From assembly GCF_001194135.2 (NCBI RefSeq), contig NC_068991.1, forward strand, positions 36,914,444 to 36,978,443: a stretch of 64,000 nucleotides of DNA, written 5' to 3'. The position numbers and the translations under genes were made by a program. The notes beneath the pieces were generated by a model, which was not told the origin of the DNA, did not search any database, and was given only the letters and a program-made list of their open reading frames with translations. The DNA comes from Octopus bimaculoides. Lineage: Eukaryota. Positions within the stretch are counted from its first letter, which is position 1. Each line of letters starts with the position of its first letter. Shown one piece after another: positions 60,985 to 64,000 of this stretch.

Positions 60985-61141
60985 TAAGCATTTCACGTTG
61001 CTCCGGTCCACTCAGCTGGCAAACATGAGTAAACCTGCAACGGACCGGTGTCCCATTCAGGCGGGGAACTTATATGCCATGAAACCACTAAACTGGGCCT
61101 TATGAGTCGGCATGAATTGGGATGGTAACTTTACCTTTACA
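60985..61141 (+). mobile_element. SINE family B fragment with internal deletion
   Basis: ATTTCACGTTGCTCCGGTCCACTCAGCTGGCAAACATGAG. Confidence 0.75.
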
Positions 61142-61551
61142 ATTTTGGGAAATTCTTTTTTCTTGAGATGATCTTCTCAAATGAAGATTGTCTTAATTGC
61201 CATGTAATAATTAGGATACACCCTCTAGAATTTATGTTGTAGGGTATTTGATATGCTTGTATTTCTCTCTCTCCTTCCCTCTCTGTCTTTCTCCCTATGT
61301 ATGTATATGTGTGTATATATNNNNNNNNNNNNNNNNNNNNNNNNNNNNNNNNNNCTTGCTTTATTCATTAGTTTATTTGGATGGTGAGTGGTTTGGTTTT
61401 TCCATTCCTTCATTTTTATTTTGTCTACAATTTTCATTGGTGTTATTCTTAAAACCGGGATTTCATTTCTCTTTTTTTTTAAATTTTAATTCAAGGTTTG
61501 CTTATTGATACATTTTTTAAGTGCGGCTGTAAGAAAGGAAGGACTAAAGGA

Positions 61552-61554
<3 letters not shown>

Positions 61555-61629
<75 letters not shown>

Positions 61630-61630
61630 T
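61555..61630. repeat. (GATA)n microsatellite
   Basis: Directly visible. Confidence 0.96.
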
Positions 61631-62407
61631 GACAGGAAGACAGATTGACAGACTGATGGACGGGAAGCGAGAAAGAGAGAGAGAGAAAGAAAGTGAGAGA
61701 GAGCTGGGGAGAAAGAAATTAAATGAGAAGATACAAATGGAGGTAGGCGGGAGAGTTCTGTGAACGTCAAAAGCTACAAATTAGCACCGAAATTGTTAGT
61801 CAAAGGAAAGTGGCGAAACTGCCTTCTCTGAGGCCGAGCGCACTGACAGACAGACAGGCAGACAGACAGACAACTTAACTGAGTGACTGGCGATCTGATT
61901 ATTTCAATGCTAAGTTTTGAACCCAATGACACAGGAGTAATTATGGGTAATGTCTTCACTAACATCATCACCACCCTCTGCAACATGAAATAATGGAATA
62001 CATACATAAATACATACATACATACATACATACATATAAATGATATATATATGTATATATATATGCATAAGTATATATATATATATATATNNNNNNNNNN
62101 NNNNNNNNNNNNNNNNNNNNNNNNNNNNNNNNNNNNNNNNNNNNNNNNNNNNNNNNNNNNNNNNNNNNNNNNNNNNNNNNNNNNNNNNNNNNNNNNNNNN
62201 NNNNNNNNNNNNNNNNNNNNNNNNNNNNNNNNNNNNNNNNNNNNNNNNNNNNNNNNNNNNNNNNNNNNNNNNNNNNNNNNNNNNNNNNNNNNNNNNNNNN
62301 NNNNNNNNNNNNNNNNNNNNNNNNNNNNNNNNNNNNNNNNNNNNNNNNNNNNNNNNNNNNNNNNNNNNNNNNNNNNNNNNNNNNNNNNNNNNNNNNNNNN
62401 NNNNNNN

Positions 62408-63670
62408 AAATAATGCGGTTTTTTTCAATTGCCTGAGCTAAAAGTCGGAAGGGGACGGGATAAACTACCTGCATAAACTTGCTATAAAAGCAGGTAGTAA
62501 ATTTAACTTACCTTATTCTTAGTGCAAGTTTTGAAGAGTGCAGTTCGATTTTAACAGTTTTTCTTTCAAAGCTATAATGGAAGTGACAAAATATTCGGCA
62601 TATTTTGCTTTATGAGTTCAATAAAGGCAACAACACGACGGAAAAGGCGAGGAATATTAATGCAGTACATGGGGATCGGACAATAAGCGTAAGCCAGTGT
62701 CAACGGTGGTTCCAGAAATTCCGAGCCGGAAATTACAGCCTACATGATGAGCCTTGCCTTGGATGATCTGTAGAGCTCGACGAGGACGTCCTGCAAACTC
62801 CGGTGGAATAATATCCCTCGTAATTGTTGAAGAACTAACAGAGAACTTGGATTTGGTCATTCAACTATTCATCGACACCTGCGTGCCGTCGGAAAAGTCA
62901 GCAAATTGGGTCAATGGGTTCTTCACAGACTTTCCGAGTCTACTCGCGCGCAGAGAGTGAATGTGTGCTCTTCTTTGCTGTCATATCTCACCAATGAAAC
63001 TTTTTTTTAGACCGAATAGTGACTGGTGGCGCGAAATGGGTTCACTATAAAAATGTCAAGTGCCGAAGACAGTGTGTAGGGAAAGGAAAATCACCGGCAC
63101 CCCAGGCTAACGAAGGTCTTCACCCACATAAGGTGTTGTTATCTGTTTGGTGGGATATGAAAGACTTAGTCCACTTTGAACTTTTAAACCCAGACCAAAT
63201 GATAACAAAAGAGATCTACTGCGAGCAGCTTGAGCGGCTTAAGTCAGCGCGAGAAGCAAAACGACTATCTTTGGTTTCAAGGCGAGAGGTGTTTTTCCAT
63301 CAGAATAACGATCGGCCACATACAGCGAGGATAAAATTCCAAAAGCTGAATCAGTTTCAAAAGGAAATGATGCCCCACCCACCATATTCGCCGGACATTG
63401 CCCCATCTGATATCATTTATTCTGCAGTCTTCAAAATCATTTGGACGGAAAAAAATATGAATTCTGTAAACGAGGTCAGAACAGTACTGGAGGAGAATTT
63501 TTCGTCACAGACACGTAAATTTTGGAAGAGGAGCCTTGCAAGTCTACCAGATAGATGGAAGAGCATTGTAGAAAATGAAGGAGAGTATATTTTAGATTAA
63601 AAAAGAACTTTGTATATCTTTATTGTGAAAAAGAAGCATAAAAAATCGCATTGTTTATGGGATGACCCAA
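62408..63670 (+). mobile_element. Near full-length mariner element; left TIR partly hidden in the N-gap; pseudogenised transposase
   Basis: ATG at 62577; WVLHRL, VTGGAKW, HQNNDRPH, HPPYSPDIAPSD; stop at 63600. Right TIR ...ATCGCATTGTTTATGGGATGACCCAA followed by TA; left remnant AAATAATGCGGTTTTTT. Confidence 0.9.
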
Positions 63671-63679
63671 TATATATAC

Positions 63680-64000
63680 TCTTTTACTCTTTTACTCTTT
63701 TACTTGTTTCAGTCATTTGACTGTGACCATGCTGGAGCACCGCCTTTAGTTGAGCAAATCGACCCCGGGACTTATTCTTTGTAAGCCTAGTACTTATTCT
63801 ATCGGACTCCTTTTGCCGAACCGTTAAGTGACGGGGACATGAACACACCAGCATCGGTTGTCAAGCAATGCTAGGAGGACAAACACAGACACACAAACAT
63901 ACACACACACACACATATACATATATACGACAAGCTTCTTTCAGTTTCCGTCTACCAAATCCACTCACAAGGGTTTGGCCGGCCCGAGGCTATAGTAGAA
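63680..64000 (-). mobile_element. SINE family C, running off the window end
   Basis: TTTTACTTGTTTCAGTCATTTGACTGTGACCATGCTGGAGCACCGCC...GGCCCGAGGCTATAGTAGAA. Confidence 0.92.

Overview
AT-rich eukaryotic genomic DNA with 14 N-gaps, dominated by microsatellites and transposon debris. The repeat landscape looks like a coleoid cephalopod, probably an Octopus draft assembly; this is an inference from repeat style, not a database match. There is no intact long CDS, rRNA, tRNA gene or CRISPR array, and most ORF-track entries are microsatellite or N artefacts. Supported content: three tRNA-derived SINE families (about 40 copies); a CR1-group LINE; L1/Tx1-like LINE remnants; R4/Dong-type restriction-like-endonuclease (RLE) LINE fragments sitting in (ATT)n or (TACA)n tracts; three Penelope-like (GIY-YIG) remnants, two with hammerhead-ribozyme-like motifs downstream and one with a ~270-bp fold-back; a FLYWCH-MULE nested inside an RLE LINE; four Tc1/mariner copies; a probable hAT remnant; a solo LTR with a compact promoter; and a palindromic element with a long target-site duplication. 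A chain of 3-4 phase-compatible minus-strand exons (54.9 to 46.9 kb) may be part of a host gene that I cannot name.
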